DNA from: Gammaproteobacteria bacterium | Lineage (GTDB): Bacteria; Pseudomonadota; Gammaproteobacteria; Eutrophobiales; Eutrophobiaceae | NCBI GenBank assembly: GCA_965222155.1 | Contig: CBDCTH010000012.1 | Coordinates: forward strand, 1-64,000 | Length of the DNA stretch: 64,000 bases | Direction: 5' to 3' | Part shown: positions 40,755 through 52,286 of the stretch, one piece after another | Layout of the letters: every line of letters begins with the position of its first letter | Position numbering within the stretch: position 1 is the stretch's first letter | Translations under genes and position numbers: made by a program | Notes under the pieces: generated by a model | The model's input: only the letters and a program-made list of their open reading frames with translations | The model's database searches: none | What the model was told of the DNA's origin: nothing

Positions 40755-43700
40755 CTATATCACTAGCCTCGTTTTACCAAGACGCAATAGTACATCCTTT
40801 TCGCTTATCTGATGTTGAGCCATGATGTCCTTTAATAGTTTGAAGTCCCATAATTTGACATTATACGTATCTTCCTGGTTACGTACTCGGGGTGAAATTA
40901 TATTAGCATTGGTTGCAACAATGAGTTCATCGAAGCGAATCCCTGTTGCCTGAGCATACGGCTGCCGTGCGGCGAATATCTCTCTTAGTGATTTCTCTGA
41001 ATTCAATCTTCCATCTGTGACATGCTTTACTTGTACAAGTACATTTTTGATGCCTTTAACAACCACGTCTGCACCTTTATCAGCCCCATCTTGAGTCAAC
41101 CTAACCTCACCTGTGTAATGTCGACTTAGAAGTTCTGCAATAAATGCTTCAAATTTTTGCCAGGATAAGTTTTTCAGATCATCCGGCCTATATACGTGTG
41201 AGGATGCACCTCCAGTTGGTTGGTTTACAACAAATAGCTTATTACCTAAGACCTGCGGATCAACTTCCTCCGGGGTAATTACAGCATCTTTCAGGGCGGT
41301 TTTCATACTTAACAACTGGTCAAGATTGAGGTCAAAAGAGGTTACATCTTCAACCGGGTGATGCAACACAGGTATATAAACATTGACGTCTTTATCTTGC
41401 CCTATACGATAAACGCGATCGGAGGCCTGCGCTTCTTTCGCAGGATTCCAATGTCTCTCCAGATGAACAACATTATTAGCGCCTACTATTGTCAAACCGG
41501 TACCGGCTGCCAGGGGAGACAAGATTATAATGTTAAAACCCTTCTCTCGTTCAAAGTCAGCTATCAGCGACCTGCGGGTTTGACCGCTGTGTCTGCTGGC
41601 AATCGCTTTGGTGTCTCCATTGATGACAGCTATTTGACGTTCAAATATTTTCCCCAAGGCTGCTTTCAGGAAGGCCTGTAAGTTCCTATTGATGACGAAA
41701 ATAATGACCTTTTCCTGCCGCTCCTGAATTTTGTATAACAGCTTGAGCAATCCCTGCAGTTTCCCAGATTCACTGATGGTTTCCAGCGCATTGTCTCTAT
41801 TTGCCGGTGTTGGCAATCCATCACCTTCGACCAGACCAGGATGCAGTGACACATCTCTCAGTCGGTGCAAACCGGATAAGACCGGATTGCCGGCCTCGCC
41901 GGATTCCTGTTGTTCATTGACGATTTGAATGATCGTCTCATAGCTCTGGCACTGCCTTTCAGTCATCGTACAACGTAAAACATCCATGTGCGTTGTAAAC
42001 TGGCTTTTGCGTCCTCCCGTAAAAATGGTCTTTTTTGGTAAGCCTTCCAATTGATCTTCTTTTACACGACGCAGCATTAACGCCCCCACGTCGCTACGTA
42101 GTCTCCTGCCTACACCAAGCCGAACCTTTGTCTTGTCTTCATCTCCTGCCTGTAAGATCGGTTTAATGTAATTTGTACGAAAGTTTTGATATGCGCCAAG
42201 ATGGCCCGGTTTTGCGGTATCCATCAAACACCAGAAATCAGCAAGACTGTTTTCTACAGGAGTGCCGGTGACAACGAGCTTAAAGCGAGCTTTTAACGCT
42301 TTAGCCGCCACAGTTGATAAGGAGTTGGGATTTTTGATGTTTTGAGCTTCGTCGAAAATGACAAAAGACCAATCTACACGGGCAAGGGAAAACTGGTAGT
42401 CGCGCAGTGTCTGGTAAGTAGTAAGTACAAGCCTTTTTGGCAGGTCTAATCTTTCTACCCCGAATTTATGTCCTACTTTCAGTGCATACTGAATCTCCTC
42501 CAGTTCAACATCGCGATTTTGTAAGGTTTCTTTTCCGGCACCTCGTACACGATACTGTTTCAAATCGGCGTCTGCTTGCAGCCTGACAACAGAGTTAAAG
42601 GGACTTACGGCAAAAGTCTTATCCAATTCATCTTTCCAGTTATCCAGCAAGCCCAATGGCGCCACGACGAGGACTGGCCCCGGTTCTTTTTCAACATTTA
42701 TGCCCTTTGCTTGTTCTAGATATACATTTACGGCCACTAACGACATATAAGTCTTCCCAAGCCCCATGTCATCCGCTAACAAACTGCCAAACTTGCCCAT
42801 ATCTTCAGATCCGATTGCAAAAGTGTGACTTGATAGTCCCAGTATCCACCGAATACCGCGTACCTGATAATTGTAAGGTTGGCGTTTGTATCGCTGCCAA
42901 TCGGGTTCATCCCGATAGAGTACATCATCGATTTTCTGTTCATCGCCAAAATCCCTGTCTGTATCATTTTTGGCAATTTCGATGGCAACACTTACTTGAT
43001 TATATTCTTCATCCAGTTTGGCATCTTTCGCTTTTTCTTCTTGCTTACGTTCAGTGATCTTTTTTCGCGTCTCGATTATCGCTGTTTGTATAGCTTCTTT
43101 ATCGCTTATATCGAAGAATTTATTATCGAAGACACATTGGCTAGCGCCAGTCTTCCAGGCTGCATTTACCTTCTCTTCAAATTTCCGGAGAGTTTCATCG
43201 TCATGAATGACCCGATCAATCTTTGTAGGTGCATAAATGGTTTCAGTATGCGCATCAAGCCAATTGATTCCGGTTTCATCAGTTTCACCGAAATAGGCAT
43301 GTGTGAATTCCTGAACTCCTTGAACCCGTAAGGAAAACCCTACATCAAGGTCTACAAGTGAAGCGTCCAAGTAAGCAGTGGGTGTTTTGAAAAAGGTGGG
43401 GACATGTTCCTTGGGGATATGGCGTCTTTTGATGATCTCCTGTACAGCCTCAAGTCTTTTTGCATCCATCAACAGTATCTTTCCCTGCACCCGAAAACTT
43501 TGTTGACCCTCTTTGTTAAACTGTTGCAGGCGTGATTTTACCTCGTCGGGCGAAATATCTGTAAAGGCCGGGATCAATTCTGCATTGCCGTCTTGATCAA
43601 GATTTACACTGACTGACACACCTACTGGTTCAGTGGCTTTAAGCATATCGAAATGACGCAGGTCAATCTCCAGTCCGGCATCCTTCGCCTGTTGAAGTTT

Positions 43701-44240
43701 AGATATGGCTACCAGATTGGAGTACTCGTCCCGGTACTGGGCATTCATGGCCTTATGCCTCAGTACAGTATCAAAAGCCAACCATTGTTCTTCGTTCAGC
43801 AAGTAAACTTCAGTATCCGTTAGGTAGAACAAGGGACCTTTGAATTCAAATTGTCGATTTTTAATACCTAGCAGGTCAACGAGTATCAATTCAAGTTGAA
43901 AGTTGGCGCTTGTGGTATGACCGGAAACATCAAGTTCAAACTTGCCGGGCCAGGGGTCGGGGATCTGAAGAAGGCGCCGAAGAGCGTCCTCCAACCGAAC
44001 CGCATCATCTGTCTCAATCAAAAACCCGTTGGCTATCTGCTCTGCCAGGCCTTGCTCTTGCAACATCTGCAAGTGTATGAACTGGTTCAGCCGATCCGGG
44101 TCTCCCTGTCCTTTATTACATTGCTCAAATAAATCATTAGGCAATGTCAGCAGCAGGCCATCACTATCGGAAGAAATTTCAAACAACTGTTTTTCGCCAT
44201 ACTTGGCAACAATCTCTCCTACTCGATCCCAGAGCGTCAT
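40755..44240 (-). CDS. zorD: Zorya ZorD: SNF2 helicase with C-terminal Mrr-like nuclease
   Basis: LLADDMGLGKT, DEAQNIKN, TGTPVENS, HWNPAKEAQASDRVYRIGQ; C-terminal FE...DKGAD...VQVK. Confidence 0.88.
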   Translation of the reverse strand: MTLWDRVGEIVAKYGEKQLFEISSDSDGLLLTLPNDLFEQCNKGQGDPDRLNQFIHLQMLQEQGLAEQIANGFLIETDDAVRLEDALRRLLQIPDPWPGKFELDVSGHTTSANFQLELILVDLLGIKNRQFEFKGPLFYLTDTEVYLLNEEQWLAFDTVLRHKAMNAQYRDEYSNLVAISKLQQAKDAGLEIDLRHFDMLKATEPVGVSVSVNLDQDGNAELIPAFTDISPDEVKSRLQQFNKEGQQSFRVQGKILLMDAKRLEAVQEIIKRRHIPKEHVPTFFKTPTAYLDASLVDLDVGFSLRVQGVQEFTHAYFGETDETGINWLDAHTETIYAPTKIDRVIHDDETLRKFEEKVNAAWKTGASQCVFDNKFFDISDKEAIQTAIIETRKKITERKQEEKAKDAKLDEEYNQVSVAIEIAKNDTDRDFGDEQKIDDVLYRDEPDWQRYKRQPYNYQVRGIRWILGLSSHTFAIGSEDMGKFGSLLADDMGLGKTYMSLVAVNVYLEQAKGINVEKEPGPVLVVAPLGLLDNWKDELDKTFAVSPFNSVVRLQADADLKQYRVRGAGKETLQNRDVELEEIQYALKVGHKFGVERLDLPKRLVLTTYQTLRDYQFSLARVDWSFVIFDEAQNIKNPNSLSTVAAKALKARFKLVVTGTPVENSLADFWCLMDTAKPGHLGAYQNFRTNYIKPILQAGDEDKTKVRLGVGRRLRSDVGALMLRRVKEDQLEGLPKKTIFTGGRKSQFTTHMDVLRCTMTERQCQSYETIIQIVNEQQESGEAGNPVLSGLHRLRDVSLHPGLVEGDGLPTPANRDNALETISESGKLQGLLKLLYKIQERQEKVIIFVINRNLQAFLKAALGKIFERQIAVINGDTKAIASRHSGQTRRSLIADFEREKGFNIIILSPLAAGTGLTIVGANNVVHLERHWNPAKEAQASDRVYRIGQDKDVNVYIPVLHHPVEDVTSFDLNLDQLLSMKTALKDAVITPEEVDPQVLGNKLFVVNQPTGGASSHVYRPDDLKNLSWQKFEAFIAELLSRHYTGEVRLTQDGADKGADVVVKGIKNVLVQVKHVTDGRLNSEKSLREIFAARQPYAQATGIRFDELIVATNANIISPRVRNQEDTYNVKLWDFKLLKDIMAQHQISEKDVLLRLGKTRLVI

Positions 44241-45716
44241 CTACCGTCTGATTCCGTACTCATACCGGAATCTACGATAATCTGACCTCTCGAGAACTTT
44301 TTCCGGATCCACATTGATCCCCAGTTTTCTGAATTGCCCTAGAATCTTCCCCTGCCAGAAGCCATTATGCGATGTATACCAAGTATCACCGTTCTGGGAC
44401 GGCATGTTCCATCCGGTGCTTTTATTTAGATCATATAATTCCCTTTTTCGAAAAAAAGACTTTTCATAGTTAGTCGGTGCTGAATTTTCAGGAATCTCTG
44501 AATAAATCCAAAAACGGTGATTATGGGAACCCTCAACGATATGGGCACGATCCAGCTTCAGATAAATAATTGACGTGTTTGCATCATTCAATCTTGCATA
44601 GTTTGGCAACTTATCCTTGCTATAGTTGCGTTGCAGGTAGTAGTGTGCTTCTCTGCTTATGAATAATCTTGATCTACGTATAAGATTTTGCTTCCGTAAT
44701 CCCTCCAAAAATAAACGTCTCTTAGGAAACATTCTCACCAAGGCATCATCCCCACTTCTTGCAGCAAAATTTTCCAGGACTTCCAAGAATAACTTGAGAT
44801 CAAAACCACTCAATCTTTCATGGATCAGTTCAATAATTTCGGTTGGTATTTGTGCCCACCATTTTCGATAACGCTCGTCTGTCCGGGGAATACGCGGATC
44901 CCCGGCAATACTCAGGATGGTTTGTAACCAGTGCTCCGGTAACTCGATGCGTCTACCAGCTGCATTTTTGACCAAAACTTCAATAGCTGAATGTCCGAGG
45001 AGCCGTCCTTCATACGGTATCTCAGAAACGTCAGCCACACTTACCTCACCCAAGATAGACTGTTTGGCAGATAAACTTGGATCCAAAGCAGCAAGTTTCT
45101 TTATGTAATAAAACCCAACTGCTAACTCTTTAAATCTACCCTCGTATGTTTCGTCTATTCCAAGTACCTTCATAGTGTCTGCAAGCTTCGTTCTGTCAGC
45201 TTCTGCCTTTTCGACCACTTGAATATGTCCCTTTCCATGGAAAATGCAGTCTTTGTTAACATTAAGCAATGACACAACACCCACAGCTTTTTTATCATTC
45301 AGCTGTCTCAGTTGCTTCAGGAGAAAATTAGATAGTGAGTCCAGATCACCGCATTGATTGTAGTGCTTGAAAAAGATCTGAATCAAATTGATCAAATTTA
45401 CATAACCAATTTGCGGCTTGATTTGGTTAAATTTCTGAAGCGTCTTATGGTCGACTCCTGTTGACTTAAGAAATTCGTCCTCCTCTAGCCATAAATAAAT
45501 ACAAGCTCTGATCATAATTGGTTTGTCAATCAAATCAGAGAGCGGTTGGCGCTCCCCGACATTCCGCAATATAATGCAACTTTCCGAAAATGACTTACTA
45601 AAAGCTCCTCCAGCTTTGGCCATATACTGCAGTGTAGCGGACATTTTGAGCCATGCCTTCCTTGATTCAGAAGATATATCTTTCAAATTGACTTCAGTAT
45701 TAGGGAGACGGAGCAT
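44241..45716 (-). CDS. zorC: Zorya ZorC: EH-signature domain protein
   Basis: AGDPR...KWW, DLKLFLEVL, RMFPKRRLFL, IVEGSHN; lies between zorB and zorD. Confidence 0.82.
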   Translation of the reverse strand: MLRLPNTEVNLKDISSESRKAWLKMSATLQYMAKAGGAFSKSFSESCIILRNVGERQPLSDLIDKPIMIRACIYLWLEEDEFLKSTGVDHKTLQKFNQIKPQIGYVNLINLIQIFFKHYNQCGDLDSLSNFLLKQLRQLNDKKAVGVVSLLNVNKDCIFHGKGHIQVVEKAEADRTKLADTMKVLGIDETYEGRFKELAVGFYYIKKLAALDPSLSAKQSILGEVSVADVSEIPYEGRLLGHSAIEVLVKNAAGRRIELPEHWLQTILSIAGDPRIPRTDERYRKWWAQIPTEIIELIHERLSGFDLKLFLEVLENFAARSGDDALVRMFPKRRLFLEGLRKQNLIRRSRLFISREAHYYLQRNYSKDKLPNYARLNDANTSIIYLKLDRAHIVEGSHNHRFWIYSEIPENSAPTNYEKSFFRKRELYDLNKSTGWNMPSQNGDTWYTSHNGFWQGKILGQFRKLGINVDPEKVLERSDYRRFRYEYGIRR

Positions 45717-46470
45717 GCTCTACTCTATTACACATATCTATTCCTAATGCTTCCTGATATTCACAGGTACGTGGTTGCTTCATGGTAAAGCGCAGATCAA
45801 TCCTACGGTTTATTATTCTGAGTTCGGGTGTTATGTCTTCTTCTTCTACACGGCGGGTTTCAGCATAACCGCTTACAGAGAACATCCGTTCGCCATGGAA
45901 ATTCTCAATGTCATGAAGCTGTTTTGTGGATTCTTCTTGTCCCCAATATCGCCAAACCGATACTGCCCTGTCGGCGGACAACAACCAGTTGCCGATTTCC
46001 TTGTACTTGGAAGGCAAGCGATCCGTATGGCCCTCAACGGAGATCGTATCTATCCAGGCGCTACGATTTGAAGTTGTAATCCCATTGATAAGGTGTATAC
46101 CAATCTTTTCAACAGCGTTTATCTGGTGGTCCGGGATGCGGGCACTGTCACTGGAGAAGTTCAACGTTGAGGAAGGGATTCTTAACACACTGTCGTTCTC
46201 ACTGATATGCACTTCGATTCCCTCCCGGTCCAGCGCCTCTTTAATTTCAGCAAGAAGTTCGCTACGGACCTGGTTGGCTTTTTCAATCTCTTGGATAGTC
46301 AGATCTACCTCTTCATGCTGCTGGGTCAATTGCAGAATGAGTTGCAAGGCAGCAAGTATGAAGATGACCAGTAATCCTGCCATAATGTCTGAGAAAGAAA
46401 TCCAGTAGGGATTCGCTTCATCACCCCCGCCAGATTGGGTAATCGTTGATTTTGTTGACAGACTAAGCAT
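45700..46470 (-). CDS. zorB: Zorya ZorB: MotB/OmpA-like membrane protein
   Basis: YWISFSDIMAGLL (conserved Asp), VEGHTD, NWLLSADRA, NRRIDLR. Confidence 0.88.
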   Translation of the reverse strand: MLSLSTKSTITQSGGGDEANPYWISFSDIMAGLLVIFILAALQLILQLTQQHEEVDLTIQEIEKANQVRSELLAEIKEALDREGIEVHISENDSVLRIPSSTLNFSSDSARIPDHQINAVEKIGIHLINGITTSNRSAWIDTISVEGHTDRLPSKYKEIGNWLLSADRAVSVWRYWGQEESTKQLHDIENFHGERMFSVSGYAETRRVEEEDITPELRIINRRIDLRFTMKQPRTCEYQEALGIDMCNRVEHAPSP

Positions 46471-48274
46471 CAGGTGTCCTTAGTTTGTTGAAAGTATCTT
46501 CAATCTCATCTAGTAATGATTGCAGAGACTGCACTGTGGTAACCATTTGGTGGGCGAATTCTACCGTCTGTTTGTTCCAGTCATCCAAGCGAGCATTAGT
46601 CTGAACTCGTACCCTATCCGTGTAGTCGTTTAGAAAATCAGAAGCGCTCCTGGTAAGTGCCTCAAACTCGGATTTCATTGACGATTCATACTGATCCAAG
46701 GTGATTTTCATTGAGTTAATAAAGGTCTTCTGCCTATCCTCCATTTTTTCAAAGGACCGCGAAACCTCTTTTGAGGCCTCCCCCATAGTGTTCGAAGTCG
46801 ATTGTAATTCGCCCTTAAGATTTTTTATCTGTTCCAGAATTTGGTTGGTATTTTGAACCATCACATTATTTTCAGTCGATAGCTCCGTGACAGCCTTAAT
46901 TGAACTTCGAATCTCATTCTCTAACGTCTGTGTAGCCGACCTGATTTGAGAACCTGCGTGATCCATATTCGCTGAGGCATCAGCTATACGCTGTGTGTAA
47001 CTATCTAACCCAACCATTACACTAGATAGGCGCTCAGCTAGTTCAGCCATCTCAGCTGTGAGTTTTTGGTTTTGCTCTACTGTTTCGCGCGAAGTCTCAG
47101 CGCTTTGATTCGCTGAAGACGTCATCATGGTAGTAAATTCTGAGAGGTTTTCAAACAATTGATCTTTCAATTGTTTTTCTCGTTCATTGCTAGTCGAATT
47201 CTGTGTTTCTAGATTATAAAGAAAGTCGTTCATCTGAGACTGCCAATGCGTCATGCTTTCTTTCATATCAGTAGTAGCTTCTACCATCAGTTGTCGTTGA
47301 TTCTCTCCAGCTTCGGAAATTCCAGACATAAATCGGCGAACTAATTGAGCCAATGTGTCGGTAGCTCCTTCAGACATCCGGTCGGCAAGACCATGTGAAG
47401 CGCTAACCAGACTATCCATAGCAGGTTGCATTACCTGCTGTATTCCTGCCGTTACCTGCTCCCCCATCCCAGATACAGCTTGCTGTAATTGTTCACCAAT
47501 TCGCTCAGCCAAACCGTTCAGGCTATCTTCTGAACTTCTGGAGCTTGTAGCTATACTTACTAATGAATGTTCCGGCCTGATTCGGGGAAACAGAAAATCG
47601 ATAAGATGCTGCAGACGCGTGATATGAATTTTGACATTCTGCTCCAGCCATTTCTCATAGAAATTAAAAAGAACACTCAAAGATATTCCCCAGACAGAGG
47701 TCAAAAAAGCAACTGATGCACTTGCGATAACTAGCTGAATATCCTCCCGCTGCTCCTGTACATCACCGCTGAAAGAGATGCTACCAAGCCCCAATTGCAG
47801 CCCTGCAAAGGTCCCTATTACTCCAATAGCAGTAAGAAACCCAGGGACTGCCGCTACTAACCTACTGTCTGCGATATGGGGTGCTAAAGTCTGGCTATTA
47901 AAAAAATGTTCGGCATCAATAGTATTATTCAGATGTCTGCCATCGGATGATACAATCAGTGTCTCGTCTAACTCTTTCCAAAGGTTGCCTAAATGACCCA
48001 ATTTACGAGCCTCTTCCAATAAGGTTCTACGCGATTGTATAAGATTCTCAAGTGTCAATCCTGAGATTAAACGTTCAATTTTTTTTATTCTATTTTTTGC
48101 AGGTATAAACCCCCAAAAGAACGAGTATAGAGCAAATCCAGACGCTACAAGGATGAGGAAGCCAACGATACTTGCACTAAAGACCTCGGTAGTAATACTA
48201 GATAGCTCACCCTGTAGGTATTCCCAGAGCTTTGAAAATTTCGGTAAAAGACTTGATAAATCAATGTGTTCCAT
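46463..48274 (-). CDS. zorA: Zorya ZorA: MotA-like TM domain with long helical tail
   Basis: VPGFLTAIGVIGTFAGL, AFLTSVWGI, long coiled-coil C-terminus; overlaps zorB. Confidence 0.88.
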   Translation of the reverse strand: MEHIDLSSLLPKFSKLWEYLQGELSSITTEVFSASIVGFLILVASGFALYSFFWGFIPAKNRIKKIERLISGLTLENLIQSRRTLLEEARKLGHLGNLWKELDETLIVSSDGRHLNNTIDAEHFFNSQTLAPHIADSRLVAAVPGFLTAIGVIGTFAGLQLGLGSISFSGDVQEQREDIQLVIASASVAFLTSVWGISLSVLFNFYEKWLEQNVKIHITRLQHLIDFLFPRIRPEHSLVSIATSSRSSEDSLNGLAERIGEQLQQAVSGMGEQVTAGIQQVMQPAMDSLVSASHGLADRMSEGATDTLAQLVRRFMSGISEAGENQRQLMVEATTDMKESMTHWQSQMNDFLYNLETQNSTSNEREKQLKDQLFENLSEFTTMMTSSANQSAETSRETVEQNQKLTAEMAELAERLSSVMVGLDSYTQRIADASANMDHAGSQIRSATQTLENEIRSSIKAVTELSTENNVMVQNTNQILEQIKNLKGELQSTSNTMGEASKEVSRSFEKMEDRQKTFINSMKITLDQYESSMKSEFEALTRSASDFLNDYTDRVRVQTNARLDDWNKQTVEFAHQMVTTVQSLQSLLDEIEDTFNKLRTPDA

Positions 48275-48440
48275 TGTATAAAAATATTATGTTGAAGAAA
48301 TAGGGCAAAAGATTACTAAGAATAAATGTACCTTTCGATATAATGTATGGGTCTACCCCATATTACACTCTTGCTGTTGTAAATTGATAACGGTGTTCTC
48401 CCTATAAACTGACACAAGCATATTATGAAAAACAGTGCTT

Positions 48441-48850
48441 TGAGCTTCACCCCAGAACTAGACACCTGTAAATTCAAGATTTCCGGCTTTCTGGTGTTGT
48501 TGGTAAAACTCCTCCGGTGTCAGATCATCCAGCGATGAGTGGGGTCGATACTGATTATACTCCATTCGCCAGGATTCAATTTTCTCTTTCGCATCGTCCA
48601 GAGACAAGAACCAGTTCGCGTTCAGACATTCATCCCGAAAGCTGCCGTTGAAGGATTCGATAAACGGTTTATCCGTGGGTTTTCCGTGCCTGGATAAGTC
48701 CAGCGTCACCTGGTTCTCATACGCCCATTTATCAAGCGATTTGGAGATGAACTCACTCCCGTTGTCCACCTGAATACATAAAGGGAGACGCTGCTCTATC
48801 AGTTTTAATTGTTCCATAACGCTCACCACGTGTTCTCCCTTGATGGATTT
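48441..48850 (-). mobile_element. IS3-family (IS407-like) 3' fragment
   Basis: [30 protein letters not shown]; terminal IR beginning tgagcttcacccc at 48441. Confidence 0.85.
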
Positions 48851-48888
48851 GACCTTCCCCCTGGTCTGGCAGGCCGCCCAGCAAGGAA

Positions 48889-49710
48889 TTAAAGCTCGCG
48901 CAACAACTCGTTCAGGCTGACCTTCCCGCGTGTCTTCTCATCCACCTGCTTAACAATAACCGCACAATAGAGACTATATTTCCCATCCTGCGAAGGCAGG
49001 TTCCCCGATACCACCACCGATCCGGGCGGGACCCTGCCGTAACTAATCTCGCCGGTATCCCGGTTGTAAATCCGCGTGCTCTGCCCGATGTACACACCCA
49101 TGGAAATCACGGACCCTTCACCGACCACAACACCTTCAACAATTTCAGAACGCGCCCCGATAAAACAATGGTCTTCTATAACCGTCGGGTTGGCCTGCAA
49201 CGGTTCCAGCACGCCGCCCAGGCCGACGCCGCCGGAGAGGTGTACATTCTTGCCGACCTGGGCACAGGAACCCACCGTGGCCCAGGTATCCACCATGGTG
49301 CCTGAGTCCACGTAGGCCCCGATATTTACGTAACTGGGCATGAGAACAACGTTAGGCGCCACAAAGCTGCCGTAACGCACCATGGCCGGCGGCACGACCC
49401 GCGCACCGCTCGCAATGAAATCGTCTCTGCCGTAACCTGCAAACTTGGCTTTCACCTTGTCATAGTAATTGGTGCAACCGCCTTCCAGGACACGATTATC
49501 ATTTAATGCAAAAGACAGGAGCACGGCCTTTTTCAGCCACTGGTTGACTACCCATTCACCGTCCTGTTTCTGCGCTACCCGCATCTCACCGCTGTCCAGT
49601 CCGGCAATCGCCTCGTTAACGGCATCTTTAAGTGAATTATCTGCGTTGCGCGCGTTGATGCTGCTGCGTTGATCGAAAGCTTCGTTGATAATGTCTGCAA
49701 TACTGCTCAT
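48889..49710 (-). CDS. dapD: Tetrahydrodipicolinate N-succinyltransferase
   Basis: [42 protein letters not shown]. Confidence 0.96.
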   Translation of the reverse strand: MSSIADIINEAFDQRSSINARNADNSLKDAVNEAIAGLDSGEMRVAQKQDGEWVVNQWLKKAVLLSFALNDNRVLEGGCTNYYDKVKAKFAGYGRDDFIASGARVVPPAMVRYGSFVAPNVVLMPSYVNIGAYVDSGTMVDTWATVGSCAQVGKNVHLSGGVGLGGVLEPLQANPTVIEDHCFIGARSEIVEGVVVGEGSVISMGVYIGQSTRIYNRDTGEISYGRVPPGSVVVSGNLPSQDGKYSLYCAVIVKQVDEKTRGKVSLNELLREL

Positions 49711-49739
49711 TGGCTGATAGCTCCTATCCCATATGTTGG

Positions 49740-50996
49740 TTAGCGAATAAATTCTGCCATGCGTTCTGCTGCCTCTATACACGCAGGTAACGGGGCAGTC
49801 AAGGCGATGCGCAACCTGTTTGCCCCGGGGTCGTCTCCTGCGACCGGCCGCGACAAAAAACGTCCTGGCAGGACCAGCAGGTTTTGCTCCAGATAAAGCC
49901 GGTGGGTGAAGTCTACATCACGGGACTGTGGGCAATCCGTGGCGCACAGGGCGTCCCGCGCACGGCCCAATCCGTTCCGGGCAGATTGGTCAGGTACCCT
50001 GGGCCATAAATAAAAGCCGGCCTCTGGTTCACTGACGTCCAGGACGGGTTGTAGGATCGCCAGGACCGCAGTGAATTTCTCCCGGTACAGGTTGCGGTTA
50101 TCCAGTACATGAGTTTCATCACTCCAGGCTGCGTTGCTGGCTCGTTGAACGTACAGCGGCATGGCGCCGCCGTGATAAGTCCGGTACGTATAAAACGCAT
50201 TGATAATGTTTGCATCACCGGCTACAAACCCCGAGCGCAGTCCGGGGACGTTGGAGCGTTTGGAGAGTGAGTGAAACACGATGCAGTGCCGGTAGTCATC
50301 CCGGCCCAGCTTTGCCGCGGCCTCAAGCAACCCGAGGGGGGGATTGTCCTCATCCGGGTAGATTTCCGAGTAACACTCATCGGCAGCGATGATAAAATCG
50401 TATCGCTCGGCGTAGTCCAGCAGTTGTTCCAGGATTTCCAGCCTGGTAATGGCGCCCGTGGGGTTGTTTGGCGAACACAGGTAGAGCAGTTCACAACGCT
50501 GCCACACGTCTTTTCCGAAGCTGGAGAAATCCGGTTGAAATCCATCTTTTTCAACCAAGTTGACGTAATAGGGGGTGGCCCCGGCGAGCAGCGCGGCGCC
50601 TTCGTATATCTGGTAAAACGGGTTGGGAATCACGACCAGTGGATCCGCCTTGTTGCGATCAACGATTGACTGGGAGATGGCAAACAGCGCTTCCCGCGTG
50701 CCGTTGACGGGCAGCACCTGGCCGTCTGTCAGGCTCCGGGCAGGCAGGGAGAACCGTTTCGTTAACCACTCCGCAATGGTTTCGCGCAGTTCTTCCATGC
50801 CCCGGGTTGAGGGATACACTGCGGTCAGGTTCAGGTTTTCCGTCAGCGCTTCCAGTATGAAATCCGGCGTTTTGTGTTTCGGCTCTCCCAGGGAAAGGTC
50901 GATAAGCGGTTTTCTCGATACGGGCGTACCGGCTTTTTTCAGCTCCGCCAGTTTCTCAAAAGGATAAGGCTGTAGTTGTTCGAAACCCGGGTTCAT
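49740..50996 (-). CDS. dapC: N-succinyldiaminopimelate aminotransferase
   Basis: [43 protein letters not shown]; upstream of dapD. Confidence 0.93.
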   Translation of the reverse strand: MNPGFEQLQPYPFEKLAELKKAGTPVSRKPLIDLSLGEPKHKTPDFILEALTENLNLTAVYPSTRGMEELRETIAEWLTKRFSLPARSLTDGQVLPVNGTREALFAISQSIVDRNKADPLVVIPNPFYQIYEGAALLAGATPYYVNLVEKDGFQPDFSSFGKDVWQRCELLYLCSPNNPTGAITRLEILEQLLDYAERYDFIIAADECYSEIYPDEDNPPLGLLEAAAKLGRDDYRHCIVFHSLSKRSNVPGLRSGFVAGDANIINAFYTYRTYHGGAMPLYVQRASNAAWSDETHVLDNRNLYREKFTAVLAILQPVLDVSEPEAGFYLWPRVPDQSARNGLGRARDALCATDCPQSRDVDFTHRLYLEQNLLVLPGRFLSRPVAGDDPGANRLRIALTAPLPACIEAAERMAEFIR

Positions 50997-51178
50997 TCGT
51001 TGAGTGCGCAAGTTTAAATCTATGGTACGGCAGGAAAAGACTATACCCTGTGTTCCTTGACATAGATAAACAGGACTTTCCCGAAATTAAGTGGTTAACC
51101 TGTACTGAAAATCAGCAGCACGTCATTATGATACAATTTGCAAACTTACTACAACAACGACGTACGAAAAACTGGTGT

Positions 51179-52261
51179 ATGAGTCATAAAGTTCTGATAC
51201 TGGCAGGAGACGGCATTGGCCCGGAAATCATGGGGGAGGCGGAAAAAGTCCTGGCTGCCCTGGTTGCAGAGTATGGTCTTGATATTTCCATCGAACATGC
51301 CCTGGTAGGCGGTGCGGCCTATGACGACTGCGGAACCCCGTTGCCCGGGCAGACCCTGCAACTGGCATTGGCGAGTGATGCGGTATTGTTCGGCGCCGTC
51401 GGCGGACCCAAATGGGATGGGCTGGCGCGTGAGTTACGGCCGGAGCGCGGCGCGTTGCTGCCCCTGCGTGCGGAACTTGCCCTGTTTGCCAACCTGAGGC
51501 CGGCGCTGACCTACCCGCAACTGGTGGCTGCCTCGTCGCTGAAGCCGGAACTGGTCAGTGGACTGGACATCCTGATCGTGCGCGAGCTGACCGGCGGTAT
51601 CTATTTCGGTAAGCCCAGGGGTATACATACGACAGAGTCAGGGGAACGTGAAGGGGTCAACACGCTGCGCTATACGGAGACGGAAGTTCGCCGTATCGCC
51701 CGCGTGGCTTTTTCTATCGCCATGCAACGGGATAAGCGGCTGTGCTCCGTGGACAAGGAGAATGTGCTGGAAGCGACCCAACTCTGGCGCCAGGTGATAC
51801 TGGATGTTGCCGCTGAATACCCTGAAGTCGAACTGCAACACCTGTACGTGGATAATGCCGCTATGCAACTGGTGCGCAGGCCCAAGCAATTTGACGTGAT
51901 GGTCACCACCAATATGTTCGGTGATATCCTGTCCGATCTGGCCTCCATGCTCAGCGGTTCCATCGGCATGTTGCCTTCCGCCTCACTGGATGAACGCAAC
52001 AAGGGGATGTATGAGCCGATTCACGGTTCTGCGCCGGATATTGCGGGCCAGGGGCTGGCCAATCCCCTGGCTATGATATTGTCTACGGCAATGATGCTGC
52101 GCTACTCCCTGAACCTGCCGGAGCAGGCGGACAGAGTTGAAAATGCAGTGAAATCCGTATTGACCCAGGGTCTCAGAACGGCGGATATCCACACGCCGGG
52201 CACCAAAAAAGTATCCACGGTGCAGATGGGCAACGCAGTAGTGCGTGCGCTCCAGGGATAG
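51179..52261 (+). CDS. leuB: 3-isopropylmalate dehydrogenase
   Basis: [38 protein letters not shown]. Confidence 0.96.
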   Translation: MSHKVLILAGDGIGPEIMGEAEKVLAALVAEYGLDISIEHALVGGAAYDDCGTPLPGQTLQLALASDAVLFGAVGGPKWDGLARELRPERGALLPLRAELALFANLRPALTYPQLVAASSLKPELVSGLDILIVRELTGGIYFGKPRGIHTTESGEREGVNTLRYTETEVRRIARVAFSIAMQRDKRLCSVDKENVLEATQLWRQVILDVAAEYPEVELQHLYVDNAAMQLVRRPKQFDVMVTTNMFGDILSDLASMLSGSIGMLPSASLDERNKGMYEPIHGSAPDIAGQGLANPLAMILSTAMMLRYSLNLPEQADRVENAVKSVLTQGLRTADIHTPGTKKVSTVQMGNAVVRALQG

Positions 52262-52286
52262 ATTCTTATAACCGCTTGAAACTGAA

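Noticed and set aside
45700-48274. Flagellar motAB or chemotaxis receptor
   Set aside because: The long tail and coupling to EH-signature and SNF2-Mrr genes indicate Zorya
51011-51179. leu attenuator or leader upstream of leuB
   Set aside because: No Leu-rich leader peptide or terminator is visible; leuCD are simply not adjacent
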